DNA of 64,000 nucleotides from Allosphingosinicella sp. (GTDB lineage Bacteria; Pseudomonadota; Alphaproteobacteria; Sphingomonadales; Sphingomonadaceae): positions 4,711 through 68,710 of the forward strand of contig DASTFN010000044.1 in NCBI GenBank assembly GCA_035719905.1. The letters run 5' to 3'. A program made the position numbers and the translations under genes. Positions 32,926 through 42,839 of the stretch are shown here, in pieces. The notes below the pieces were generated by a model. It had not been told where the DNA came from, made no database searches, and saw nothing but the letters and a program-made list of their open reading frames with translations. How positions within the stretch are numbered: position 1 is the first letter of the stretch; every line of letters begins with the position of its first letter.

Positions 32926-34751
32926 GCCGCGTCTCCGTCGAGCGGCCGGACCGTCACGACACGCATCATCCCGGCGTGCATGTGGAGCAGCAGGTGGCAG
33001 TGGAACGCCCAGTCGCCGGGCGCATCGGCGGTCATGTCGAAGCTTAGCTTCGCCCCGGGCAGCACCATCACCGTGTGCTTGACCGGCTTGGCCTCCTGCC
33101 CGTTCACGACCTCGAAGAAGTGGCCGTGAATATGCATCGGGTGGGTCATCATCGAATCGTTGATCATGGTGACCCGCACCCGCTCGTTCCGCTCGAAACG
33201 GATCGGATCGGGATTCTCGCTGAACTTCTCGCCGTCGATCGACCACATGAAGCGCTCCATGTTGCCGGTCAGATGGACCTCGACGGTCCGAGTCGGCGCC
33301 CGGGTGTCCGGGCTTGGCGTCAGCGCCATGAGGTCCCGATAGGTCAGCACCTTGTGCCCAACGTCCTCGAGCCCGAGGCCCGGATCGCCGGTCCGGTCCA
33401 CAGGCGCCATCGCGATCGCGTCGACGCCCACCCCCACCTTGACGTTCGGCGGCACCTTCGACTTGTCGCGCATGTTCATGCCGCTCATGTCCATGCCGCC
33501 GCTGGAGCTCGGAGCGGCGGAGGCCGAGGCGGGATCTGAACCGTGATCCATGCCCGCCATCGCGCCTGTCGCGGCGGCACCTGCGCCGGCTCCATGGTCC
33601 ATTCCCGGCATCGAGCCGTGGTCCATGCCGCCCATGCCCATGTCCTTCATGGTCAGGACAGGCCGCTGCCGGAGCGGCGGCACCGCGGTGGCCATGCCCA
33701 TCCGAGGCGCCAGCGTTGCCCGGCCCTTTCCGGACCGGTCCATCGACTCGGCAACGAAGGTGTAGGCCTGGTCGCCGGGGGTCACGATCACGTCGTAGGT
33801 CTCGGCATTGCCGATCTGGAGCTCGTGGACGTCGACCGGCATCACGTTCTGCCCGTCGGCGCTCACTACCTTCATATCCAAACCGGGAATTCGGATATTG
33901 AATATGGTCATCGCGGCGGCGTTGATGATCCGAAGCCGCACCCGCTCGCCCGGCTGGAACAGCCCGGTCCAGTTCTCAGCTGGGCCGTGGCCGTTGATCA
34001 GATAGGTGTAGGCGGCGGCCGTCACGTCGAGAATGTCAGTAGGGTCCATCCGCATCTTCGCGAACATCGCCCGGTCGGCGGCCGGCATCTGCTGCTCGGG
34101 ATCGCCGCTAAGGCGCCCGAGCAGGGTCATCTTCTGCCGGTTGAAATAGCCGCCCTCCTTCTTGAGCTTGGTGATGAGCTCGTGCGGATGCCGGAAGGTC
34201 CAGTCGGAGAGCACGATCACATGCTCGCGGTCGTAGGCGACCGGGTCGGCGTCGGCGGGATCGATCACGATTGGGCCGTAATGGCCCATCTGCTCCTGTA
34301 GACCCGAGTGGCTGTGATACCAGTAGGTGCCCGACTGCCGGATCGGGAACTCGTAGACGAAGGTCGACTTCGCCTTGATGCCGGGGAAGCTCACCCCCGG
34401 CACGCCGTCCATCTGGAACGGCAGGATGAAGCCGTGCCAGTGGATCGAGGTATCCTCGTCCAAGCCGTTCTTCACCGCGATCCGGGCGTTCTGGCCCTCT
34501 CTGAGCCGCAGCAGCGGGCCCGGGATCGTACCGTTGATCATCACCGCCTTGCCGGTGCGGCCACCGACTGAGAAAGGCTTCATACCGATCTCGAGGGCGA
34601 TATCCTCGCCCGATAGCGTCGGCAGGGTCGGCGCGAGGCCGGGCGTGCCGCTATGTGCCCAGGCCGGGAACAGCCCCTGCATGCCGAGGCCAAAGGTGCC
34701 GAGCGCTCCGGCGCGGAGCAAAGTCCGGCGGTCAACTGAAATCTGATTCAT
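32922..34751 (-). CDS. copA: CopA/PcoA multicopper oxidase (Tat-exported)
   Basis: RR Tat motif, IHWHG, YWYHSH, HPMHIHGH, WAFHCHLLLHMHAGM. Confidence 0.96.
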   Translation of the reverse strand: MNQISVDRRTLLRAGALGTFGLGMQGLFPAWAHSGTPGLAPTLPTLSGEDIALEIGMKPFSVGGRTGKAVMINGTIPGPLLRLREGQNARIAVKNGLDEDTSIHWHGFILPFQMDGVPGVSFPGIKAKSTFVYEFPIRQSGTYWYHSHSGLQEQMGHYGPIVIDPADADPVAYDREHVIVLSDWTFRHPHELITKLKKEGGYFNRQKMTLLGRLSGDPEQQMPAADRAMFAKMRMDPTDILDVTAAAYTYLINGHGPAENWTGLFQPGERVRLRIINAAAMTIFNIRIPGLDMKVVSADGQNVMPVDVHELQIGNAETYDVIVTPGDQAYTFVAESMDRSGKGRATLAPRMGMATAVPPLRQRPVLTMKDMGMGGMDHGSMPGMDHGAGAGAAATGAMAGMDHGSDPASASAAPSSSGGMDMSGMNMRDKSKVPPNVKVGVGVDAIAMAPVDRTGDPGLGLEDVGHKVLTYRDLMALTPSPDTRAPTRTVEVHLTGNMERFMWSIDGEKFSENPDPIRFERNERVRVTMINDSMMTHPMHIHGHFFEVVNGQEAKPVKHTVMVLPGAKLSFDMTADAPGDWAFHCHLLLHMHAGMMRVVTVRPLDGDAA

Positions 34752-34845
34752 GATCGTCCTCACAGGCGCACGCCTCCTCGGCGCGCACGGGGCGTCAGCG
34801 AGAGCCGGAGGCGGCGCACGCAGCGCCGCCTCCGCTCCTCATTGC

Positions 34846-35067
34846 TTACTGATTGGGCTGCTGATGCTGGCTCATGTCGTGGCCGGCATGCTCGCCGCTA
34901 CCGGGCTTGCCTTTGCCGTGCTCGTCGCAGCAGTCCATCTTCATGCCCATCTTCTCGCAGCAGCACTTCTTCTTCGCCTGCGTGGGGGCTGGCGTAGGCG
35001 CCGTCTGGGCGTGGGCGACACCGGGAATCGCGATCGCAAGCGCGAGCGCAGCAAACATCATCTTCAT
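34846..35067 (-). CDS. Secreted Cys/His-rich microprotein (paralog of 27943-28146)
   Basis: MKMMFAALALAIAIPGVAHA..KCCCEK..DCCDEH..EHAGHDMSQHQQ. Confidence 0.75.
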   Translation of the reverse strand: MKMMFAALALAIAIPGVAHAQTAPTPAPTQAKKKCCCEKMGMKMDCCDEHGKGKPGSGEHAGHDMSQHQQPNQ

Positions 35068-35098
35068 CGAATCTACTCCTGAAAAATCGAGAAAAGTC

Positions 35099-35566
35099 TC
35101 AGATCTTCAGGAGGCCTCGGGGAGGGGGAGTTGCGGCCTCGGGCACGAGGCCGTGCGGCACCGAAACCAGGGTCGCCACCCGTTGCGGGCCATGGTCGAG
35201 AAGCTGCGGCCCGAGCTGGCCGCCGACGGCCGGAATCGCCGGGACGGCGGCGCAAGCCTTGACGCAGTCGCGGGAATCGGAACCGCAAGGCTGATCCTTC
35301 GACTTGCCGTCCATATCCTGGCAGGCGGCCCTGGAGGCGTCGCCGGCCATGTCGTGGCTCATCATCTGATGGTCAGCCGTCTGCGAGGCGGAGGCGGTCA
35401 TCCCTGCGTGGTGCGCCGCGGCCGAGGCCGGCGCAACGCCGATCGCCGCGAGCGGCGACATGGCCAGCGCGAGGATGGCCAGGAACCGGATGAGGCGCGT
35501 CAGCAGCACGGGGCGCAAATAGGCCGCCGGTCCGCCGGTTGCAATGGTCCGAAACCGGATGTTCAT
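35099..35566 (-). CDS. CopL-like Cys/His/Met periplasmic protein
   Basis: Signal/TM segment, AHHAGM..HQMMSHDM, C..C..C..C; start overlaps the cueR stop. Confidence 0.55.
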   Translation of the reverse strand: MNIRFRTIATGGPAAYLRPVLLTRLIRFLAILALAMSPLAAIGVAPASAAAHHAGMTASASQTADHQMMSHDMAGDASRAACQDMDGKSKDQPCGSDSRDCVKACAAVPAIPAVGGQLGPQLLDHGPQRVATLVSVPHGLVPEAATPPPRGLLKI

Positions 35567-35958
35567 GACGCTTTCCCTTCGAGGCCGCCCAGGATCGGGC
35601 AGTCGGGGCGCTCGTCACCATGGCAATTGGCGGCAAGGTGCTCGAGCGAGCGCCGCATGGCGTCGAGCTCCTTCGCCTTGCGCTTCAGCTCGGCCGCCCG
35701 AGCCAGCGCCAGGGCCTTCACGTCGGCGCTGGCCCGTCCGCGGTCCTGCCACAGTTCGAGGAGCTTGCCGATTTCCTCGATCGGGAAACCCAGATCCCGG
35801 GCCCGCCGAATGAAACGAAGCGTATGGATGTCGCGCTCATCATAGTCCCGGTAGCCCGAGTCCCGCCTCGCCGCCTTGCCGATCAGCCCGATCGACTCGT
35901 AGTGGCGGATCATCCGCTGGCTGACGCCGCTTTCGGTCGAGGCCTGCCCGATCTTCAT
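35563..35958 (-). CDS. cueR: Cu(I)-responsive MerR-family regulator
   Basis: [24 protein letters not shown]-terminal CHGDERPDC. Confidence 0.92.
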   Translation of the reverse strand: MKIGQASTESGVSQRMIRHYESIGLIGKAARRDSGYRDYDERDIHTLRFIRRARDLGFPIEEIGKLLELWQDRGRASADVKALALARAAELKRKAKELDAMRRSLEHLAANCHGDERPDCPILGGLEGKAS

Positions 35959-38312
35959 AGCCGCACTCCCCTCAGCCGGAGCGAGTTGCCGATTACCGCG
36001 ACCGAGCTCAAGGCCATCGCCGCGCCGGCTATCATCGGGCTGAGCAGCAGGCCGAAGAGCGGGTAGAAGACCCCGGCCGCGATTGGCACGCCCGCCCCGT
36101 TGAACACGAACGAGAAGAACAGGTTCTGGCGAATGTTGCGCATCACCGCCCGGCTGAGGCGCCTTGCGCGGACGATTCCGCCGAGATCACCCTTCACAAG
36201 CGTCACCGCCGCGCTCTCCATGGCGACGTCAGTCCCGGTCCCCATAGCGATGCCAACATCGGCGGCCGCAAGCGCGGGAGCGTCGTTGATGCCGTCCCCG
36301 GCCATGGCAACCCGCCGGCCTGAGGCCTTCAGACGCTCGACCACCGCTTGCTTCTGATCCGGGAGGACGTCGGCGATGACCTCGTCGATGCCGCCGACCT
36401 GGCGCGCCACCGCCTCAGCGGTTCGCCGATTGTCCCCGGTGAGCATCACCACCCGGACACCGTCCCGGCGCAGTTCGGCAATCGCCTCAGCCGCGCTCTC
36501 CTTGATCGGGTCGGCGACTGCGATGAGCCCCGCCAGCTTGCCGTCGACGGCGACGAACATCACGCCCTGACCCTCGGAGCGAAGCTCGTCAGCCTGACCC
36601 ATCAGGGGGGAGGGGTCTATGCCGAGATCGGCCAGCAGGACCTTATTGCCCAGCGCCACCGGCCGGCCCTCGACCGAGCCGCTGACGCCTTTGCCCGTAT
36701 GCGAAGCGAAGTCGGTGGTTCCAGCCAAAGCGAGGCCGCGCTCCTCGGCCCCTTCGACGATCGCGGCAGCCAGCGGATGCTCGCTGCCGCGCTCCAGCGA
36801 GGCTGCAAGGCGCAGCAGATCGGCCTCGTCGACACCGGCCGCCGGGATGACCGCCGTGAGCTTGGGCTTGCCCAGCGTCAGGGTGCCGGTCTTGTCGACG
36901 ACCAGAGTATCGATCCGCTCCATCAGTTCGAGCGCCTGGGCGTTCTTTACCAGCACGCCGGCCGTGGCGCCGCGGCCGGTCCCGACCATGATCGACATCG
37001 GCGTGGCAAGGCCAAGCGCACAGGGGCAGGCGATGATCAGCACCGCCACCGCGTTGACGATGGCGAAGCTCATTGCCGGCTCCGGTCCGAAGATCGCCCA
37101 GACCCCGAAGGAAATGATTGCGATGAGGATGACCGCGGGCACGAACCAGGCGGACACCTTGTCGGCGAGCGCCTGGATCGGGGCGCGAGAGCGCTGCGCC
37201 TCGGCGACCATCCGGACGATCTGGGAGAGCATCGTGTCCTGACCGACCCGCTCGGCCCGCATCAGCAGGCTGCCGGTGCCGTTGACGGTGGCACCCGTCA
37301 CCTTCTCTCCCGGCACTTTTTCCACCGGAACCGGCTCGCCGCTGATCATCGACTCATCCACTGACGAACGGCCCTCGACGACCACGCCGTCGACCGGCAC
37401 CTTTTCGCCCGGCCGCACCCGAAGCAGATCGCCGGCATGGACGTGACCGAGGTCGATATCCTCCTCGCGCCCGTCGTCGCGGACGATCCTCGCCGTCTTC
37501 GGCGCCAGCCCGAGCAGCGCCCGGATCGCCTTGCCGGTGGCCGAGCGGGCGCGCAACTCCAGCACCTGCCCAAGCAGAACCAGGGTCGTAATCACCGCCG
37601 CGGCCTCGAAATAGACAGGCACCACGCCGCCCATCGTACGGAAGGAGGGCGGGAACAGGTTTGGAGCCAGGGTCGCGACGAGGCTGTAGGAATATGCCAC
37701 GCCGACGCCGAGGCTGATCAGAGTGAACATGTTGAGGTTGCGGCTCTTCAGCGACGCCCAGCCCCGCTCGAAGAACGGCCAGCCGCCCCAGAGCACGACC
37801 GGCGTTGCGAGCGCGAGCTGCACCCACACCGAGGTCCTCATGGGCAACCAGTGCCAGCCCAACAGCTCCGAGCCCATTGCCAGAACGAACAGCGGCAGCG
37901 ACAGGGCCGCGCTCACCCAGAAGCGGCGGCTCATGTCGATCAGCTCGGGATTCGGGCCCTCGTCGAGGGTTGGCATCTCCGGCTCGAGCGCCATGCCGCA
38001 GATCGGACAGCTGCCAGGGCCAATCTGGCGGATCTCCGGATGCATCGGACAGGTCCAGATCGCGCCCTCAGGCACGTCCTCCGCCCCGGCCGCCTCGGCT
38101 TTCGGATGTAGATAGCGATGCGGATCGGCGATGAACTTGGTCCGGCAGCCCGCGCTGCAGAAATGATAGGTCGCGCCGTCGAGCTCGTGATGATGCGCCG
38201 TCGCCGCCGGATCGACCGTCATCCCGCAGACCGGATCCTTCACCGTGGCCGCCTCCGGCTGGGCGGTATGATCGTGATGGCAATGTCCGGCATGGTGATT
38301 CTGGGCGTCCAC
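35955..38312 (-). CDS. P1B-type copper-translocating ATPase with YHS domain
   Basis: [41 protein letters not shown]. Probable GTG start at 38312 with GAGGAGG RBS. Confidence 0.96.
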   Translation of the reverse strand: MDAQNHHAGHCHHDHTAQPEAATVKDPVCGMTVDPAATAHHHELDGATYHFCSAGCRTKFIADPHRYLHPKAEAAGAEDVPEGAIWTCPMHPEIRQIGPGSCPICGMALEPEMPTLDEGPNPELIDMSRRFWVSAALSLPLFVLAMGSELLGWHWLPMRTSVWVQLALATPVVLWGGWPFFERGWASLKSRNLNMFTLISLGVGVAYSYSLVATLAPNLFPPSFRTMGGVVPVYFEAAAVITTLVLLGQVLELRARSATGKAIRALLGLAPKTARIVRDDGREEDIDLGHVHAGDLLRVRPGEKVPVDGVVVEGRSSVDESMISGEPVPVEKVPGEKVTGATVNGTGSLLMRAERVGQDTMLSQIVRMVAEAQRSRAPIQALADKVSAWFVPAVILIAIISFGVWAIFGPEPAMSFAIVNAVAVLIIACPCALGLATPMSIMVGTGRGATAGVLVKNAQALELMERIDTLVVDKTGTLTLGKPKLTAVIPAAGVDEADLLRLAASLERGSEHPLAAAIVEGAEERGLALAGTTDFASHTGKGVSGSVEGRPVALGNKVLLADLGIDPSPLMGQADELRSEGQGVMFVAVDGKLAGLIAVADPIKESAAEAIAELRRDGVRVVMLTGDNRRTAEAVARQVGGIDEVIADVLPDQKQAVVERLKASGRRVAMAGDGINDAPALAAADVGIAMGTGTDVAMESAAVTLVKGDLGGIVRARRLSRAVMRNIRQNLFFSFVFNGAGVPIAAGVFYPLFGLLLSPMIAGAAMALSSVAVIGNSLRLRGVRL

Positions 38313-38370
38313 AGCTCGATCCTCCTCGACGAAGCCGCCGATTCGGCTCCCGTGGACCCTCACATGGTGT

Positions 38371-38391
38371 TTGACACTATGTCAGAGTCAA
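38371..38391 (-). promoter_or_regulatory. Putative MerR-type promoter/operator of the ATPase-cueR operon
   Basis: Minus-strand TTGACT (38391-38386) followed by the perfect palindrome TGACA-N3-TGTCA (38372-38384) in the spacer region. Confidence 0.5.
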
Positions 38392-38455
38392 GCGGCGTCT
38401 GTTCGCCCCAGGCCCTCTCGGGCGGATGCGCGCCCGATGCTCGCACCTCCGTTGT

Positions 38456-39349
38456 CTACCCCAGCCTCTTACGGCAGACCCGCTCCACGCGCCGCTGAAG
38501 CTCCGTAACCCGCTCCGTCAGCCAAGTGATCTCGTTTCGGGAGATCCTGTAGTGCGGCGAGTAACGGGCGTTTACATAGGCCTGTCGCAGCAGTTCGAAG
38601 GCCCGCCGCTCGAATTTTCCTTCCCTGGGCCAGGCCTCGATCAACTCCGGAGCTATCTGTTCAGCCTGGGACCGCAGGAAGTTCAGCTTGTGCGACTTGG
38701 GGCTGTAGAGGGTCAGAACGAGCAGGACGCAGTGATACAGCCGCTCTGCCGTCTGATGGAGGTCGAAGGCAGCCTCCTTCCAATATTCCTTGCCGGCGGC
38801 CGTGCGGGCCAGATCGAAACGGCGCTCGGCGCTTGGATACCACTCGTTGAAATAGGCCTCCGCTTCGACCCTCGCCTGTTCCTCCGGCAGCTTTCTCGGC
38901 GTGGTGAAGGCGAAGCCCTGAGCCTCGTAGAGGACCGCCCCGTGCTCCACGATGTCCACGAAGAAGGGGCGGCCCCGCTCGAGCTGGCTGTTCACGTCGG
39001 AAAGCGAATGGACGATAAAGTTGACGGGCGCGCTGAGGCTCCCGGCAATCGATGTCTCGCGCATCAGCCTGTCGTCGGCGACCGACCAGAAGTCGATCAC
39101 GTCCGTCAGACGATCGTCGCTGACGACGACGAGGATATCGTAGTCCGATCTGTAGCCACCGACCGGATCATCCACCCAGTCTCCTCGGGCATAGGAGCCG
39201 TAGAGCACCACCTTGAGGATGCGTCCGCCCTTTTTCCATTGCTGGCTCGCCCGCGCCGTGACCGACTCGAACTCCTCAAAGAGAATCCGAACCACCGAGG
39301 CGAGCTCTCGCTGCTTGCCGTCCGGCAGATGATCCAGGCTCGTTTTCAT
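38456..39349 (-). CDS. Fused minimal nucleotidyltransferase-HEPN protein
   Basis: Start MKTSLDHLP at 39349; LYGSYARGD..SDYDILVV; HEPN-like AAFDLHQ.AE..HKL..YVNARY. Confidence 0.88.
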   Translation of the reverse strand: MKTSLDHLPDGKQRELASVVRILFEEFESVTARASQQWKKGGRILKVVLYGSYARGDWVDDPVGGYRSDYDILVVVSDDRLTDVIDFWSVADDRLMRETSIAGSLSAPVNFIVHSLSDVNSQLERGRPFFVDIVEHGAVLYEAQGFAFTTPRKLPEEQARVEAEAYFNEWYPSAERRFDLARTAAGKEYWKEAAFDLHQTAERLYHCVLLVLTLYSPKSHKLNFLRSQAEQIAPELIEAWPREGKFERRAFELLRQAYVNARYSPHYRISRNEITWLTERVTELQRRVERVCRKRLG

Positions 39350-39876
39350 CCCGCCCCATGTCGTCGCGCCGGCGCGGAATGCCAAGCGCATTTCATCGCT
39401 GTGCGTCCGCCGCGGCTCGCGTGAGCGGCCGTCCCGACGGCTCCCGCCCGTCGATTGAAAAGAGTCACAGTCTTTTCCCTCGAACATCCCCATAAATCTT
39501 TTCGGTCCGGATCGGACCTTCCTGCGAGCGTTCCGAATGCTCAACCCGTTGAACATCCATGGAGTCCGCTCGGCGCACCCTCCCTTGCTGCCAGCACCGT
39601 CCGTCCCAATCGGGTTCCCAATTCAGGAATCCAATGCAATACGCGGATTGATCGGCTCGAGCAGAGATGCAAACACTCGCAGGACGTCGACAGCACGACT
39701 CGCACGGAGCACCCAAGGTGGAAGTGCACACACCGCCACTTGAACATCTCCACGCAGCACCGACGTAGTCGTCACAACAATCGCATACCCAACCGTCGCC
39801 GCTTCACTGCGGAGGCGGCTTTACAAGCAGGATCGGAATAAGTAGCGTGGTGGACGACGCACGGCAGGGGGCAAGC

Positions 39877-40500
39877 ATGGCGAGTACTGTGGACGCATCG
39901 TCCGATGCGGTATCTCGCGACTCCCGTGCAGCCCAGTTCCACTCCTTCCATCGATTTCAAAGCCAGCAGTCCGATTGGGTACCCTTCGAACCAACGAAGC
40001 CCAGCGGCATGTCGACGCCCCAGATCGAAACTTTGGCCGAAGGCCTCGCATCCGAGCTGAACTATGTTCCGGGTACGGACATCCGCGAACTCGTCGTTCG
40101 TATAGGCGGCAAACTCTTGTCGACACCGGTACTCGGCGTGTCGGATGGCACTGACGGCACCCTGCTGCTTCGCCCGGACTCAACAAATTTCGTGATAGTT
40201 CTTCCAGTCAGAGCGAGCTCGCGCCAGGATCAACTGGCAGTAGCCAAATTACTGGGGCACTATTTTTTGCATTATCGGTTTTTCCAAATCGAAACCGAGG
40301 GCAAGGCCAGTCGTCCAACGCCGGCGCGAGCACAGCGCGAAGCGCTGCTATTCGCACTTGCGTTCCTTATGCCAGCAGAGGCATTTTCTCGCGCCTATGA
40401 ACTGGCACACGGGAAGATGGACGTGGTAGCAGCGTCTTTCGGCGTGCCGTTCGAAGCGGCGGAACTGCGTCACCGGAGGCTCCAGATCCGAGCCAAGTAA
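39877..40500 (+). CDS. ImmA/IrrE (DUF955)-like protein with degenerate HExxH
   Basis: AKLLGHYFLH where AHELGH is expected; EALLFALAFLMP where EANxFAAxxLMP is expected. Confidence 0.7.
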   Translation: MASTVDASSDAVSRDSRAAQFHSFHRFQSQQSDWVPFEPTKPSGMSTPQIETLAEGLASELNYVPGTDIRELVVRIGGKLLSTPVLGVSDGTDGTLLLRPDSTNFVIVLPVRASSRQDQLAVAKLLGHYFLHYRFFQIETEGKASRPTPARAQREALLFALAFLMPAEAFSRAYELAHGKMDVVAASFGVPFEAAELRHRRLQIRAK

Positions 40501-40518
40501 ACCGCCATCGGGGGGCTA

Positions 40519-41718
40519 GTGGCGCAACTTCCAGACCATATTCCCGAGATTCTGAAACCGCGCCTGCGCCTCTTCATGAGCGTGGATGTCGTCGGCTCGA
40601 CGAAGCTGAAGCAGCCCGAGTTTCTCAGCAAGCAGATCGATTGGCTCGACATTCTGCAGCGGTTCTACGGTGAGACTGTCGAGGCCGTGCAGACTGAATG
40701 GCTCGCCCTGCGAGCGCTTTTCCCGGATCCTGCCACCCACCCGGACTTCCTTGGCGATCCGCCGCAATTCTGGAAAACGGTCGGCGACGAGGTCCTCTAC
40801 TACAAGGACCTCACCGACAGCCGGCAGCTGGCCCTCGCCCTCGAATGCTGGAAGAAAGCGCTGACGCGGGTCAGGACCTTCCTCTACAAACAGAACGAGG
40901 GCGCGCTCAAAGACGCGGTTCCGGAGGTTAAGCTCGACGTCAAATCGGCCGTATGGACTGCCGGCTTCCCCTGGCGGAACAAGACGATCGTGAGCCCGTC
41001 CGGATTGCTCAACGAGCTGTGCAAGGGTGACTACGCCGAGGTGTTCCAGAACGCCCACGAGAAGGCTCACCGCGAACCAGCGCCAGGAGACGGAACGGGC
41101 GCGCGGGTCGAATTCGATTTCATCGGCCCAGGCATCGACATCGGGTTTCGCCTCTGCGGATTTGCGACGGTGCAAAAAATGGTGCTGAGCATGGATGCCG
41201 CCTACATCCTAGCGGCAGTTCGCGGCGCCAACGCCTTCCTTCTACCGGAACCTCTATATTATGACGGGCGCATTCCCCTCAAAGGCGTCTTCGCCGGCCG
41301 GGAATATCCGCTTTTTTGGATCGACAACTCCCATCCCGACTCCTTCGAAGCCAAGGAGTCGCGCGCTCGGCATCCCATCAGCGACACCGATGTCCTCAGA
41401 TTCTGCGAGACGTTTTACAAGGAATTCTACAACCTCTTCACGCACCGCCCCTTTATCGTCGGCGACCATGGCGGCCTCACCGCGATACCCGACGATTTCG
41501 ACCGCTGGATGGGTGTCCAGGTTGCCCAGTACGAAGAGCGCCGGAAAGAAGGCGAGCGCCGCCAGCAGGCCGAGCAGGAACTGACGAGAGCCGGCGCTTC
41601 GCGCGGAGGCGGCGCACGGCAGCCGGCCGCAATCGACGTCAACGAACTCAAACAGAGACTCACTCGGGATATCGCACCCCAGGCCGAGGACGAGCCTGAG
41701 GCTCCCAAAAAAACCTAG
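40519..41718 (+). CDS. Class III nucleotidyl cyclase-like protein
   Basis: LFMSVDVVGST, WKTVGDEV, DFIGPGIDIGFRL match the D-xx-GST / GD / GxxV(N/D)xAxR layout. Confidence 0.65.
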   Translation: MAQLPDHIPEILKPRLRLFMSVDVVGSTKLKQPEFLSKQIDWLDILQRFYGETVEAVQTEWLALRALFPDPATHPDFLGDPPQFWKTVGDEVLYYKDLTDSRQLALALECWKKALTRVRTFLYKQNEGALKDAVPEVKLDVKSAVWTAGFPWRNKTIVSPSGLLNELCKGDYAEVFQNAHEKAHREPAPGDGTGARVEFDFIGPGIDIGFRLCGFATVQKMVLSMDAAYILAAVRGANAFLLPEPLYYDGRIPLKGVFAGREYPLFWIDNSHPDSFEAKESRARHPISDTDVLRFCETFYKEFYNLFTHRPFIVGDHGGLTAIPDDFDRWMGVQVAQYEERRKEGERRQQAEQELTRAGASRGGGARQPAAIDVNELKQRLTRDIAPQAEDEPEAPKKT

Positions 41719-41758
41719 CGCATTTCCGATGCCGCATCTCCAGCCCTGGCAGGCCGCG

Positions 41759-42838
41759 CTACCGTTCCAAGGCTCCGCGGAACGCGTCGGGGAAAACATC
41801 GATCGCATCAAGCACCGCCGAAAGGGCCAGCGCCGGGCGTTCAGCGAGCTCTTCGACCGATAACGGCGGGATCATCGACAAGAGATGGAGCGCCCTGGGA
41901 TCGTCTGGGACCGGCTCGCCAGCGGCCTGCCCTACCACCCACGGCAAGAGCGCGAACAACGCCAGCTCGTGAGCACGCCTGTAGAAGCAGGCTTCGCGCA
42001 CATCAGGGTGATCGATGCTGCGAGCGAACTCATCGACGGTCCAGGCAGTCGGATGGCGCTCCCGCCAGGCTTTCACCCAGGCATCCTCGCGAGGAAAGCC
42101 TGATGTCGCGAAGTGAAGCGCCGGCTCCTCGATAATCCTCCTCCTGGACGACTCCGCCTGCGCTGGGTTCACCCGGATCTTCACCGCTCCGTAGCGCAGC
42201 CTCGCCCGCAGGAACAGACGAGTGGTCTCGGCGTGAACGGTACCGCCCAAGCGATCCTGCTCTCGAAAATGTCCACCCCAGCGGACATAGTCGGAAAGCA
42301 AGTAGCCGCACGCTTTGTCGTCGACGATTACCTCCTCATTGTCGCCGACGCCGGCGGCCTCCATCGCATCGACGATCGACCTTTCGAGCGCCCGATATTC
42401 GGGATGAGCCGCATCGAACTCTGCAGATCGGCGAATCGCTCCCTCGAGCAGGAAGCCCCGACGGCCGGCCAGCGCTTCCCACATACGCTGCGAATACCCG
42501 GGCAAGTAAAGCGTGTCGGCGTCCGCCTGAAGGATCAAGAGTTCCTCAGGCGCAATGCCAAGGTCGGCTGCTAGATCGGCCGCCGCGAAAGCGCCCCGTC
42601 GCCTCGGCGGAACGAACCCGCGCTCAGGCTCGACGAGGATCCGGACGGATCCCGGGCGGGACGCGGAGGCGATCCGTTCCATAACCGCCGGCGTCCGGTC
42701 GGTTGAACCGTTGTCGATAAGGAACAGGAATACATCATCAGCCGCCGCAACACCGCTTACGCCAAAGCCGAGCGATGAGGCTGCAGCTTCGATGTATCCT
42801 TCCTCGTTGAGGCAGGGGATGACGATGGCGACTGCCAT
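41759..42838 (-). CDS. GT2 / GT-A glycosyltransferase, last gene of the RiPP operon
   Basis: AIVIPCLNEE, LIDNGSTDRT, LQADAD; starts 1 bp after the upstream stop. Confidence 0.88.
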   Translation of the reverse strand: MAVAIVIPCLNEEGYIEAAASSLGFGVSGVAAADDVFLFLIDNGSTDRTPAVMERIASASRPGSVRILVEPERGFVPPRRRGAFAAADLAADLGIAPEELLILQADADTLYLPGYSQRMWEALAGRRGFLLEGAIRRSAEFDAAHPEYRALERSIVDAMEAAGVGDNEEVIVDDKACGYLLSDYVRWGGHFREQDRLGGTVHAETTRLFLRARLRYGAVKIRVNPAQAESSRRRIIEEPALHFATSGFPREDAWVKAWRERHPTAWTVDEFARSIDHPDVREACFYRRAHELALFALLPWVVGQAAGEPVPDDPRALHLLSMIPPLSVEELAERPALALSAVLDAIDVFPDAFRGALER

Positions 42839-42839
42839 C

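Noticed and set aside
39480-39752. Three GAACATC copies upstream of the IrrE-like gene as LexA boxes
   Set aside because: They lack the GAAC-N7-GAAC direct-repeat spacing of alphaproteobacterial LexA sites and are irregularly spaced.
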